NCBI GenBank assembly: GCA_000708835.1
Contig: DF236982.1
Location: forward strand, 124,001-188,000
Direction of reading: 5' to 3'
DNA length: 64,000 bases
DNA from: Klebsormidium nitens
Lineage: Eukaryota > Plantae > Klebsormidiophyceae
This document shows positions 1 through 12,900 of this stretch, in pieces. The position numbers were made by a program, and so were the translations under genes. Position 1 is the first letter of the stretch, and every line of letters begins with the position of its first letter. Below the pieces are notes generated by a model, which saw only the letters and a program-made list of their open reading frames with translations, made no database searches and was not told the origin of the DNA.

Positions 1-3000
1 GTCAGCGAACGACGGAAGGGGCGACGGTACGGCGGCCGGATCGCCGACCGGTTTTGCGAACGGATCCGTCGACGGAAACGCTTTGGCGACCAGAATGACC
101 GCCGGAAGGAAGATTACCAACCCGCCCCCGTTTCTCGCCTGGGACGAGGAACTGGGTGCGAAGGTGGCGGCGTATAATGACTTCGTCGCTAAGTATGCTG
201 GGTGAGGCTTCGTTCTAGACACCCCGTACTGCATAGATAGACTGATTGATCTTCCTTTCGAGCGTTGTTGCCTTTCCAATCGCTACTGTTAGAGATTCGA
301 GTTTCGGTACCGTCCACGTGTTGGACTTTAAAATAACGCGACTGTCATAGCTCCACCACTCGCGCTTTCTCTTCCATATGCTCTCGGTTGATGCCCTTCA
401 AGTCCACGGTGAAAACAAGTTCACTCCTTGACGCCCCGCTGAGAATTGATTGAAATCCCCAGTTATGTCTTCTACAGCTCAGAAGCAAACTGATTGGACA
501 GTCAGCCCCTGACAGATTTTGACTGTAACAACCCCTTTTCCGAGTCCGAGCATCAGGTTGAAAAGAGTCTCTCGAGCATCAGTACGGGTATGCTGCAGAG
601 ACAAAAAGTTTTAAAACTATTTTTTGCCCAACCGCGTTCTTTGAGCTCACCATGACTCACGTCGTCACCACTTTAAGCTGACAATTGCGGTCGTTTGTGT
701 TCCCAGTGAGATCGACGAAGACGCCGCCCGCCGTTCTCTCGTTGCCTCCCTGATCGCCGAGAAAGGCGGCGCGGGGCTCTGGTTCGGCGAGATCATGGGC
801 CGCACCGCCGTCCCCCCCTGGGAACCTTCCACGGGGACCGACCAGATGCGCACGCTGGGTTCTAACGTGGGAACCCCCGTCGTAGGACTGGTCGGAGAAC
901 ACCCCCGGGAGAAACAACTGCTGGGGACGATGCTCGCGCTCACCGGGAGCATCCAGGGCGTGCAGGTCGGTTGACCGTTCCATTCTCCGTTGCGGTTTTT
1001 CCTTTGCGGCATGAGGTCGGACAGATTGCTGATTTTGTCGTCTGCCTGTTCGTTTGCGTTGGGTTTTGTTGAGTGGAAAGATTCCTCTTGCGAGTAGAGA
1101 CTGCTGCCATCGATGGGAATACACGGGCGGTGGGAAAGGTCGAACAAGACAACGTACGCTCAGGCAACAGATCCAAGAATGTATGGTCGACCGAAAATGT
1201 TGATCTTCGTACTGTTGGAGAAGCAACCGCGGAGTATCTTCGTAGCCGCTTTGAGGTGTGCATCAGAGCCGTCAAATGCAATAATCAGCTCCCACATCAA
1301 CCTCGCGTCGAAACAGCTGCTACTTGTTTCTGCAACGCTCCGGTTAACCTCCGCGGACTGTTTCGGAAGCTTTCAGGCGCTTCGTAGCTCTCCCAAGAAG
1401 ATTGACAGCTTGAGAAGCGGCCCTCGACTCTCAAAACCTTCCAAGCATTTCTATCGAGTTATTTTGATCTGGATTCTGCCGCCATCCTAATGCGTGTATT
1501 AGATGCTTCCTCTTCGTCAAAATGAGGATCAGCATCCTTTCTCGACCCTGAACTTCCTTGACCCGTCGTCCCCCCACAGGTGGGCCTGGACATCGCCCAC
1601 GCCGCCCGCTTGGGGTCCCTCACCGAGCCCGACCGCCAGCGGCATTTCGGTTCGCTCCTGGCCCTCTGCCGGCCCGAGGCAAGCTCCCGGGAGCTGCTGT
1701 CCGCCACGTGGCAGCTCATTGGCCTTGAGGTCTTCCTTCGGACGCCCGGAGGCGCGTCCGGCAGCTCCCCCCACCGCTGGAACGGCGACACCGTGGCGGG
1801 GCTGGTCGCGTACGTGAGCGCCGCGTCCGGAAATTCGGACGCGGGGGACGCGGCGTCCGAGCTCGTCCGGGCGACGATCAGACGGGACGAAGAAGACGAG
1901 TCTGCGCTGGCGGCGGACTTGTACGGACTGGCGGGGCCGCTCGGGTGGGAGGTCGCGCAGCAGATTGGCGCGCTGTCGGTTGGCACGCGGGGGGGGTCGG
2001 GTTGCCCGCGAAACCCGCCCCCGGGTTCGACGCCTTCCAGGTTCTGAGAGGCCGCGCGCGCGAGTTCGCGGTCGACGGGCGCGTGACGCCCGAGGAGGCC
2101 TCGCTTCTGTTGGACGACCAGGCGTTGTTGGGCTTCTGCCAGGTTGCGAGGGAGCAACTAGACGCGGTGACGAAAAGCCTCGTCGAAGCGGCAAAGGGCC
2201 TGAAGGGTCTCAGTGACGACGACACCGCAAGTGTCGACGGGTTCGAGAATACCAAGGGCATCACCGTGGCGCTAAGAAGCTGCGAGCACGTGATGAAAAC
2301 GTTTAAGAGGTGAGTAGCCAAGCTGCGCTGCTGTTTGGCTACTGCTCTTGTTGTGTTGTAAGTATTAGTAGGAACCCCCGGGGAGTGGGCGGAAGCGGAA
2401 GACCTGTTTGAAAGACCTGCGTATTTGTTCCAGCGTGCATTTGGAGAAAGTTGCTTGGCACTTTGCTGTAGCTTTAGTGAGCCCTAGCATCCGCATAGAG
2501 TGGTCTGCAACCGAGGAGCCTGCGAGAAAGCGGTGCCAGCGTGACGCCTTCCTGGGTGGCCCTCTCTTTCCCTCATATGGGGTTGGGGATCTGCCTAAAA
2601 GCATCCTCGCCCCCGCTAAATTTCCTCCAAGGGAGCTTCGCGCTTCTTTCCTTTAGATCTTAATTTGACTGACCCCGATAAAACGGTCCAAAATGATGTT
2701 GCTCTAACCACCGATTAGATGGTAACAATGTTAATGTTACCATCTAATGATGTTGCCTCTAACCCCGCAGTTGGGACGCCTGCAAGAAGGCCCTGCTGGG
2801 CGGGGCCAAAGAGAAGGACACCGGAAAGCTTATGGACATGCTGATAGCGTACCGCAACTACGAGTGGCGCAAGATCTGGTACACGATGGTGTTGCCGACC
2901 GTGAGGCGTTTCTACGGCGAGGACCCGGGCTTTATGGATCCGGACATCGACGAGCCGTCCGGTTCCACCGTCCGGACGTCCGACATTGACGTGCCGGTTT

Positions 3001-6000
3001 GGAAAGGCTCCCGAGCCGGAGAGGCGGTGAAGGTCTTCAACCACGAGTTCCGTCTACGCTGGTGAGCGGGAGCGTCGAGCATTGATCTTCATCCGAACAA
3101 CAGAATTGCCGTTCGAAACACACGAGTCAACAAATAGGCAGCCGCATCACGGCATCAGATACATTCGAACTTTATAGACGGTATGTCCGTTTGTCTTCTT
3201 CCATCTGAGACTGTCGATTTCAAAAGATGTAGAGCGTAGCAACAGCCTTGAATCAATATCATTTCCTTAGACGGATTTTTTTTGCAAGTTTCAGGATCTT
3301 GAGTGCAACCAGTCTCGTCAGGTCTTCAGCGTGCACGACCCACCTCAATGGTATTTACTAAAATTGAAAAGCGGATGCAGACCAAATTGAATAATGAAGC
3401 AAACCCGGTCACACATCCAGAGATTTATCGTACTGCAAACTGCGCCAAATCTGATTGTCAAGTGCTGAAGACGTGTCCAACCAACCAAACAAGCGCTCGT
3501 GCTAGACAGCATCGCATTCCTGCCGTCAATCCGCACGCTTGGCTGAATTTAGGCCCTTGAAAGGATACACAGCGTCCCTCCCTTCCGTTCCGCTCGTGCA
3601 GGGACGGAGCGGAATCCGGCATCGTCTTCGACGTGAACCTGTACGGGCCCGGCTTCCTGCGGAGCTTCAAGGAAGTCGAGGGGACTCACCAGCTGGTGCT
3701 CGTCGGGCACGTGTCACGTGTCAGCCAGCCATACGGCGGCGTCCAGCACCCCGCGGCCCGGCGCTGGGACGTCTCCAGCCAGATGGGCTGGGCGCTCGCG
3801 CGCCTAGTTCTCAACAGCCGAGACATGGAATTCCTCGCGTTCCGCGCGGCGGTGCAGGTGTACGCGCGCGCGTTCGAGCTTTTGGTCCCGGCCGTGCTCG
3901 AGCTGGAGCCCTTTAACACCGGAGACATTCTCACCAGCGTCGCTCCGAAGAGGGCCGCGGACTTTCTCGCCGCGTGCGGCGCCGGGAGTGGGGACGTGTA
4001 CCGCCGCGGGGGGCGGCCGGTCGATCTTCTGGAGGAGGCGGTTCCGGCGGAACAGGCGGCGGAACCGAAGGCCTGGCTAATGGGCAGAACCAACAGGATC
4101 TACGAGCAGACGCTCCTGAGAGTCGACCGGAGGCTTCGCGCGTTTGAGAAAGTCAAGAATTACACGCCCCCGCTGAGGAGTGCCGATGAGCTGGCGGCGA
4201 TCACGGGTGAGAAGTGTGACGGGACTTTTGTGACGGTGTCTGTCGTATGTGATTTAGACTTGAAGAGGGGTCCTGATTTGAGCTCGCATTGAGCAGCCGC
4301 ACGATCTTGGCAGAGCTCCATAGGCTATGAATCCGTCTCTGTGATTGTTTTGGATTCTCCAGAATTGGAGTCGCGAAAGAATACGAATTCGAAGTGGTTT
4401 GTCTTCTGAAGCTTTGAAGCCGCCTGACTGAGACAAGGGACAGGCTGTTGAAGCTGTTGCATATTGTTGCGGCTCTCCTGTGGCTTAAGAAGCTCTCGGC
4501 CTCATGCTCGCAGAGCTTTGGTATCTCTACCAACGTATAGCAAAAGAAATACCGAAAAGCACCGAAAGCTCACATAAGGCGAAGGTTACCGAAGTTTACG
4601 AAAGCCCAATCCTCGCCAATCTCCGCAAAAACCTACCCACTTCCTCACATTAACCCCACACTTTCGCTCGCTGCCCGTTCTAGGTCGCCACTCAAAGGCC
4701 CTACGAGAGAAAAGCAGAGTTTTACGCGTATGCTTGTCAGATACGTTTTAAGTCGGTTCCAAACTTGGCCACGTGGCACTGCCAGAGCGGCCCGTGATGC
4801 TTGCTGACTCGGGTGCTCATGTTGGTCTCTCGTTCTCATGCAGGCATGGTTGAAGACAACTTCGACGACGTCGCCGTTCCTTTCAGAGAGTGGCGGGACG
4901 GCTCGCGCTTCGAACCAATAGAACCCCTGAAATTCGAAGAAATCGGAGCTGCTGGTCCCGAAGGATTCCAGCTGGCAATGGACTATGTTACGACGTCGTT
5001 TCGTGACACGGTCAGTCTACAGAAAAGTAATCCTCTAGGACTAGTCACAGGCATTCCACTTTGAGCGAATACTTCAGCCAAACCGAATGACCGAGCGAAA
5101 TGTCACTGTTCCATGCGGCTCAGCTCAGCAGGGCTGGTCCGGTGTGACTGACACCTGCGCGTCCGTCGTGACCTGATCAAGCAATTGCGCGCATCCTGAC
5201 CCGCTTGGTTAGGAGTCAAGAGTCCTTGCGGCGACTCCCTTGTTCAGCGCAGCTCTTCGTCAACCGAAAGCTGAACTTGTTTTGTCGATCTGATCTGCAA
5301 TCACCTGATCTAGAAGGCGTAACTTGCTCGTTCCTCCTCGACTCAATCCTAAACCTGCTCTGTCAAGATTGGCAAGACTTTTTACCCGCGCAGATTAGGT
5401 TTTGTTCTTAACCAAACGCCGGGCGGGCTCCGTATGCGCCGTTCCGAGCTCGTTAACCCCGTGGTTTCCTGCGCAGATATGCTGGTCAAACATGTTTTCC
5501 AACGAGGCGTACTACACGGAGGCCGCGGTCCAGCACGCGGTGGACATCCAGAACGCCAAGAAGAAGCACCCGGGCACGCGGCCGCCCAACCTCAGCCCGG
5601 CAGAGTGGGGGGTTTGCGTGCAGGAAAATATTGCGAGCTTCCTCGAGCATTCGTACGATCCCCAAGCCGACCCGGGGAAGGCCCTGCTCAAGAATGGGAA
5701 GGTTAGGCTTTGCAGACTGCACTTCGGTGCGAAAGTTGATTTGGGTTGCTGTCGTCTTTGAGCTGACGAACTAGGCCGTATCGATTGTCCTAGATACTGC
5801 AGTTTCGGGCAGACATAGCCGCCTAAATTCCGATTAAATCTTTCAAGCTTTTGGGTTCTAGAATCATAGGGTTCTATAACATTTTCGAGCTACAGAAGTT
5901 GGGCCGTTCGATGAGTGGTATCCGGGTCGTCGCAGGGTCCAAATTCTGCATATTGGGCGAATTTTGGCGTTCGACTGAAATCGGGCTCGAACCAGGCGGC

Positions 6001-9000
6001 CAGGTTGTGCCAATTGTGCAGTATCAATCGATACCCCCGTTGGTGCATCTTTCCAACTGGATGTGCATCAGCTTCGGAGAAAGATCATCAGGAAACTGAT
6101 CGATGACGTGTTGTGATGCTTTATGCGGACCCTAGTAAGTGCGACCAAAAAACAAAGAGTTTTTCCGTGAAGTTTCCAGGCACCTGTTTTGTTCTGAACG
6201 CACCCAAAAGAAAGGTCTTCTGCCGCAGCTTAAAGCGTTCACTCAATTACCCCATAAGCCCTAGACCAACTCAAGGCCAAAATACCGCTGGTGTGTCGCC
6301 CATTATTAAAGCGTTGCCCAATTCCTTTCCCCCAAGTGATTTTTGAGCAATCAAGACCTTGTGCGGATCCAGTCAGATTCTCCTAACTCACAAGGAACCC
6401 GCAGTTGGCCTTCCCCAACCGGATCTTGAAATATTCTTCCTGTCTTACATTCGACAAGATCCGTGTGTCAAAAGAGACCATCACTTCGAACAAGCTGGTA
6501 CAGGATCAAATACGTCTCCTCCAACTTACCGACCCTAACCCCTACAATATGAATCCATCGCAGGCGCTCACGTCGTAGGGAAGCACCCCACTCTTATGGT
6601 GCCTTTTCTATTACATCGCTCTCCAAAAGGATCTGTAGATAAGTCCTTCCTGCACATAGAAACCAACCCAATCCGGCCTCTGGACCAGACGCTGAACGAG
6701 AGCCGTCTCGATTTTCCGCAGTACCTCCACCGCGCGCTCGACGCGCTGCGCGTGACGCTCGAAACCCCCAACCGCCCATACGCGCGTCGGCTGCGCGCCG
6801 CGGCCGCGTGCGTGAACCCCTACTTCGAGACCGGGGACGCGCTCCTGCGGCGCCTGCAGAGGCTGGCGGAGAAGTTCATGCTCATGAAGAACGGATCGGA
6901 GGCTGACGTGTACGATGACGTCAGGAACACGCTCCTGGAGTGGTGGAGAACCGATGGCGAGCCGGGCGACGGTGGACGAGAGAAGATGCTGCGGCTCTGG
7001 TTCGACAGCGGCCGTCGAAGGGAGGACGGCTGTCTGGTATACACGGTTCTCTTCGATCCGATCCGGGGCGGATTGCCGAACTACGCGCGGGCTTGGCTCG
7101 AGAACCTGCTGAAGCCGGGCGGCCGAGAACAGCAGCGGAAGACGGCTCTCGCCGTGAGTGTTCCTTCTTGGCCTTCACAACAAGGGGACGGCGTCTTCAG
7201 TGTATTCAATGTCATCTTGGCTAAGGACTCAGATGCAGCACTGTCACAAAATAATCGAATTCACATTGACCAAGGGCCATGTGGCCTACCGAAAGCGCCC
7301 GGATTGGGGTTTCGGGGTAGGGACGGGTGCGGAGCAAGCCCAACCTAGATCTAGCTTTTGTTCTGTGCACAGTGATCTTCGTATCTCGATTGGCCGCGTT
7401 CCGGATCGTGGTTACTCTGTCCTGCACAAATGAATTGACTTTGCTTTGCTCTCGGGGCAATCATGACAAAAGCGACCATCTCTTGCGCGCGCAGGAAACG
7501 CGAGAGCTGGTTCGGAGGCTGGGCGCGTTCCTGTACGTATACTACAGTATGGCCGTATGGCCCCTGCCGGAGAGTCTGGACCGGAGCGTCCGCTCTCGAG
7601 GCCTGGAAGGGACAGCCAGGCTCATGTCCGATCTGGACAAGTGGCAGGTACATCGCTGCCCATCTGAAGTTTTCTTTCTCTTTTCAGGAGGTGATTCTAC
7701 AGACAAGTAGGAGCCTACTCCAGCGCCGTTCCTAAAAAGCTATGTTATCATCCCTTCGGATTGAGAACCACCAGACTCCGAGACTTGCTGGTGAAGATCG
7801 TACGGCGTTTGGTTTTCTTTGCGGATGGATCTTTGATACAATCCTGCTGCGAGGAGTGGCGTGCGATCGAAACATCCGACGAGCGTTTGGATCTTATGCG
7901 CTGGGCTATTAATCAGCTTTTCGGCGCCTCACTAGAAGCAATGGTTAGCTGTCAACTCAATCCTTATGACAATCTCAAAAGCAGAATTCTACCGCTAAGG
8001 TGGGGGGCCTCACGTTTGAGGGTCTAGCTAGGTGGTTTGGACAAAGAGGGTCCGTTCGTTTTGCAACCTGATTTCAAATTGGCTTTGCCCTTACTTAACT
8101 AGGGTTTTCAGCTCCAACAGGAAATGTTTCTCGTCCAACCAGAGTCTCTAATCAGGATGCAAGCCGGCTCTGATAAAGCAGCGGGTTTAGCTGCTAACAA
8201 GGTGTTGACCAGCCCTGGTTATGTGCCAAAAGCTCCCTGCATGTGCACGCCTTGAGGTGTCGAGTTCGGACGCAGGTACGCGACACGGTTTGGATCGTCA
8301 CCGCGTTGGATCCCGTTGAAGCCGTTACCCCCGTCCCCGGTCAAGGCGCAGCGCCCAGCCTCGCCAAGCAGGGCTCCAAAAACGAGTGGAAGGTGAGACT
8401 GCCGCCTAGCACAGGACTTTTTGGCCCTTAACCAAGGACAGTTCTGGGCAGGTTAAAAGTCTAGTTATCAGTCCAATAACCAAAGTTGGGCGTTAAACAG
8501 CCTTGGAACAAGGTTAAAGCCCCGTTAAGCTGTCACCAAATAACCCAAGCCTCAAGTCTGATTACCAGCCTGATTAGCAGCCAAACTTCCTTAAGCCTTC
8601 TAGCGCGCGCGGGGGTTTCATGCACCGAGGAAGGATTGTCACAATGGCTCGACACCTGTTTCGAATATTGTTTTCGAGTACGGCAGGGAAGGTCGAGTGA
8701 TTGGTCGTCCTTGGATGGGACGATCGTGACACTCGACGTATGAACTCAGTGTCAGCGTGGTTATAGTGGAAACTGGTTCGGGTTGACCAAACCAGGAACG
8801 TCTGAAGCCTCAGATCGCCTGCAGACTGGAAAGCCGTCGAGCGTGTTCTTATGTGAACCTTGTGCCCCTCTTGCTGTTCTCGCACGGGCGGGCATAAATG
8901 CCCCCGGTTCTCATTGGTGGTTTTATTCCGTTTGACAGGTGCTCTTCGCGCGAGGCGGCCGCGTGCGCTTCTGCTCTTCCGACGGGCGCTTCCTGGGGCG

Positions 9001-11183
9001 CTCGGACAAGGCCTTGGAGCCGGCACTTTTAAACGTGACACCGGCGGACCAGCAGGCTACTGACGTCATCAAGAATATCGACTGGCAACTCGTGTCAGGT
9101 GCTTCGCTCATCTCGTTTGCACTTATCGTTCTCTAGAACATGAGGATGTAGGCTGAAACTATAGTACGGGGACGGGTAGGGTTAGTATGGGGGTTAGGGT
9201 GGGTACGGTGCGGAGCTGGTGATTATTTGGGTTTGGCTTTTTATTGTTATTTTCGTTTTCACTATGATTTGGGCTTGCTATAACTATTCTAGGGAAGTAA
9301 TTTGCACTTGGCCACTTGGCATTTGTAGCAGGCTTGTCTCAAAGAATCGGGTTTGATAACATGCAATCTGATTCTCACATTGCGCAATAGCTCTTGGTTG
9401 TCCGTTGATTTGCTCTAGGTAGCGCACCGTCGCCCTGGCGCTGCAACTGGCAAACGGTATGTACCTGGGGTCTATCGTGCCAAGAGTCGGTAGAGTCTGC
9501 GTCCGCGGTTCTTGCTTTGTCAAACGAAGCCCTGTCAAAAATGCGGCGGAATCCCTTTGGGGTGGGCTCGGCTTGATACCAGGCGACTCCTTTCTAACTA
9601 ACTTATCGAGGTGCTCTTCTCGTGACCGTGCGCTTTGAAGCGCGCCAGCCGACAGATGTTCAAGCTGCACGAATTGCTTTTGATTCGAACAAGTCTTTCC
9701 TCCTTTTCGGACCCATCAATCTCTGTCGTCTCGTCGCGTTCGCACTCCCTCTTTCGTCAGCAGCGTCCAAGGTACGTTTCCGCTCTCACTTTTGCTCGGC
9801 TTCATTGAACGATCATGCAATGAATCGGGGTCCAGACCAGAGGAAGAAGCGGGCCGTCTCCCCGCCTTTGAGGACTGATTCTCAATTGGGGGCGAAAAGT
9901 ATGTACCGTCCATGTTGGGCGTCATATCAGGCTCTCAGACGTGTTCCCCGCCGGTGCTTGCAGTCCCTGGCGCAGTGACTGAAGTGCTCATCAAAGTGCC
10001 CGAGACGGAAACGTACCTCTATTATTCGTGGATCTCAAAGCCGTTCGAGGGCCAGGGCCCGGTGCGGACCTTGACGCTGCGCATTATAGCCGGTGAGTTT
10101 CACTACTACAGTTGATGCGAGGCGCAAAGCGCGTGACGAAGTGGCTTCCAGTCGGTTGCAGCCCGATTAAGTTTTAGCCCTACAGTACCTCTCTTTGTGA
10201 TTTATTTGTTCTTTTGTGACCCCGGTCCATTACGTTGCAAATACTGTTTCGTCTATACGCTGCGCTACAAGTGACGGCAGTACCGGTGTCCAATACGGAT
10301 GCGGCTTTTGAAACGAACAACGCCTCGAGCTCTACCGCCACCGTGGCACGCAGCCGGAGGCCTTACTATTTGATTTAAGAGGAAGAGACAGGCTTTCTAC
10401 CTGATATGGAGTTTCTCCAACAGCAATAACGACGCACTTTCTCGGATCAGATGCTCCACTGCTGAGAGTCAGGCATTCCGTTGGTCACTCTCCAATATTA
10501 GTGCTCCATAAACAGCTCGCTCAAACCACTGATTATTTTTTCGGTCTTCTTCCGACGCGCTGATCCAACTCTCTAAGCAACTACCGGTGCAAGCGAGTCC
10601 GAAAGTCGTTGCTTTGCCTCTTGATGAGTGTCCGTTGTCTGCCGTTCGCGTGAGGGGCGGTCGGTTTGGTTCGATTGACCCGTTTGGCTGACGACGGCTT
10701 TCACCCGTCCACACAGTCCCCGGCAAAAAGCAGGCACCGGAAGCGGCGGTTGTCGCGGCCGCGCCGCTATTCGACTTCCCGGGCTTGAAGGCCGCGGAGG
10801 CGGCGCTGACTGCGGCGACGGCCGAGAGGGACCGGGTCGCCAATGCCCGGGAGACTCTCTCCCCCGGAGCGCCGAGCGGAGTGCGGGACGCGATGACACA
10901 GGATTTGGTCAAAGCCAAGGAGCAGGTACAACAGGCGACCGACGCGCTGGCGGCCGCGCGGGACGCCGCGGCCGCGACCACGGCCCTCGCGACCGCGAAC
11001 GCGAAGGCATTCGAGGCCGCGAGGGCGCGGAAAAGAAACCTCGACAGGGAGGCAAGGCAGCCGGAGGAGGCGCCCCCGGCGCTCCCCGGTTCCTCTTTCC
11101 GGTTCCTGTACGGCGGGGCGAGCGCCCGGTACATCACGGCGTTGGAGGTGCAGGCGCTGGCGATCGTAGGTGGGGCGCATTAA
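1..11183 (+). CDS. Paralog of the giant metacaspase-fusion gene (C-terminal 13 exons, 5'-partial); one apparent 1-nt frameshift in a G run
   Basis: Exons: <1-201, 707-965, 1580-2309, 2771-3061, 3602-4206, 4844-5010, 5477-5701, 6722-7153, 7495-7647, 8276-8392, 8939-9098, 9964-10092, 10717-11183. Each aligns with an exon of the 48014-63640 gene, e.g. FLAWDEEL.AKVAA.NDF, YRNYEWRKIWY, NEAYYTEAAVQHAVDIQNAKK, KNGSEADVYDDVRNTLLEWWR and ITALEVQALA. All 12 intron phases match and three exons have identical lengths (259, 225, 153 nt). Exon 1580-2309 is 730 nt, one short of the required 3n+2, at the G8 run 1989-1996. A caspase domain for this copy would lie upstream of the window (inferred). Confidence 0.8.
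9157..9288. mobile_element. Degenerate copy of the same MITE-like family
   Basis: The core gggacgggtagggttagt.tggggttagggtgggt.cgg.tgcggagc matches 52034-52083. Eroded TIR remnants atagta… and …gggcttgctataacta are present. A short reverse-oriented fragment lies at about 6518-6546. Confidence 0.6.
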
Positions 11184-12900
11184 CCCAGGCGGAAAAGGTT
11201 GGAAAAATGCAGCTGCAGGACTTTAGTGCCAACCGTGAAGAGCGCAGCTCTAAAGGGACGGCAGTCGAGTTGTCGGATCTAAGCGTACTTTTAACAGCTG
11301 AGTGCACTTGTGCAGAAGATCAATGAGCGAAGGATGCGTTTAAATCATCGGGAAAAGACACAACTGGCCTCCGAGATCTGCGCGCCTGCTTGGAAGTTTG
11401 TGCTTAACGTAACGGCCCGCACCCATTTTCGCCAGAATCTCTCTCCAGCAGAACGTCAGCATTTGAAGTTCTGGGGTACAGGACAAACAAATAAGTGATT
11501 CTCGCGCGTTCCGTCTATTGACGCTTGTGCATCCGTGCAGGGAGTGAGCAAGCCACGTAGTTCAAGTCAGGATCCAAAAGACGAGTCCCCACCGGTGTGT
11601 GGATGACTGCGCGAGCACTGCGCGATCTTGCGGGATGGCGGCTGCGCAGCCTGCTAGCCTGTTTTGTGTGCTTTTGATCGAGCTACGTCACTTGAGATTC
11701 AAATGAGACCGAGGCAGCATGAGGAAAAGAATCTGAGGGACGCGGTCGTCTAGTTGGTTGAGAGTAACCTTTGCTTGATGGACGAGTTGACAGGATGTTG
11801 CCAGTACTGCTCTGAATTTGAGTACTCGAATTCGTTCTTTCATAAGAATTAATCACGAAGAACACGCAGAGTTTGAAAGGACGTACATTAGCAAAGTACT
11901 CGTCCTGCCACCTGCTTGGGTCTCCGAGTCTCGCGGCTTTTCGTGTTCGAGTCGCGGCCGCTCGCCACTTGGCCTCAATGTTTGGCACTGGGCTGCAGTC
12001 TATGAGCCGCTTGATTACCCAGTCGAGGAAGCTAAGCCGCACGTAGTTAAAATAAATCATAGTCAAGATGTGAGTTCTTCTCATCCATTTGCTGAGTTGC
12101 TGTGAAAGGTGGGGCGATTTTATTGCATGCCTGAAAACATGATTCCGGGTACGTTTTCGTACATTGCAGAATATATCGGCTCTGAGTGCATAACTCACTT
12201 TGGCCGTACGATGGCCCGAATTGAAAACATCGACTTGATGAAATTGCTCTTCAATCAATCAGTCCGTTCACGAAAGGCTGTATCCTTCTTTTTGATATGC
12301 ATGCCTGCGCACGTACTACGGACGCTGCGCTTCATGCATGGAACAAGTACCTTGGAATTCCCGCATCAATTAGTTTGCTCTTTCTCTTTGCCTCTTGGGT
12401 ACGACGGTACACCAGGTTAGGAATCATTGCATGTGGGAGACTTTCAGACCTCGTAGACGTCGGAATTACATGGAGGATTTACGTCGCATCGCGCATCGCC
12501 TAACGAAAGCGTTCAACATGAAACACTATAGGAAGTAGAGAGCTTTCTTATATAACACCATGCCACGTACGCTGCTGGTTGGTCGCAGCAACGGAAGCGA
12601 CCGTTTGCGGCTAGTCCATCCCTAGTTTTCGTCTTACTTAAGATTCTGGAAACGGCCAATTGATGATAGAATCATTGCATGAAGGTATGAACCAAATCAG
12701 CGGCTGCATGTCACTTTGCCAACTCACGACACTGCACAAATGACATGCAATAAGAGTGACCCACAACGAGGCTGCAGTATGAACAATGAAGCAGGCGGCC
12801 CTCAAGGATCTTTATACATGGTAATTACCAGACCAACAAACTCGAAGTCTGCATGTTCGCCTTCGACGTAACCCGAAGCAGGGAGTGTGAAAAACTACTG

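Noticed and set aside
1459-2194. Long antisense or alternate-frame ORFs over GC-rich exons (e.g. 1459-2157, 10469-11137, 44918-45523, 47939-48589, 54705-55454)
   Set aside because: Shadow ORFs caused by high GC and codon bias of the real exon on the other strand or frame.
1-11183. Cluster of many small unknown genes or a viral insertion (also 48014-61026)
   Set aside because: ORF ends coincide with GT donors and ORF starts with AG acceptors at the same phase in both copies, so they are exons of one large gene.
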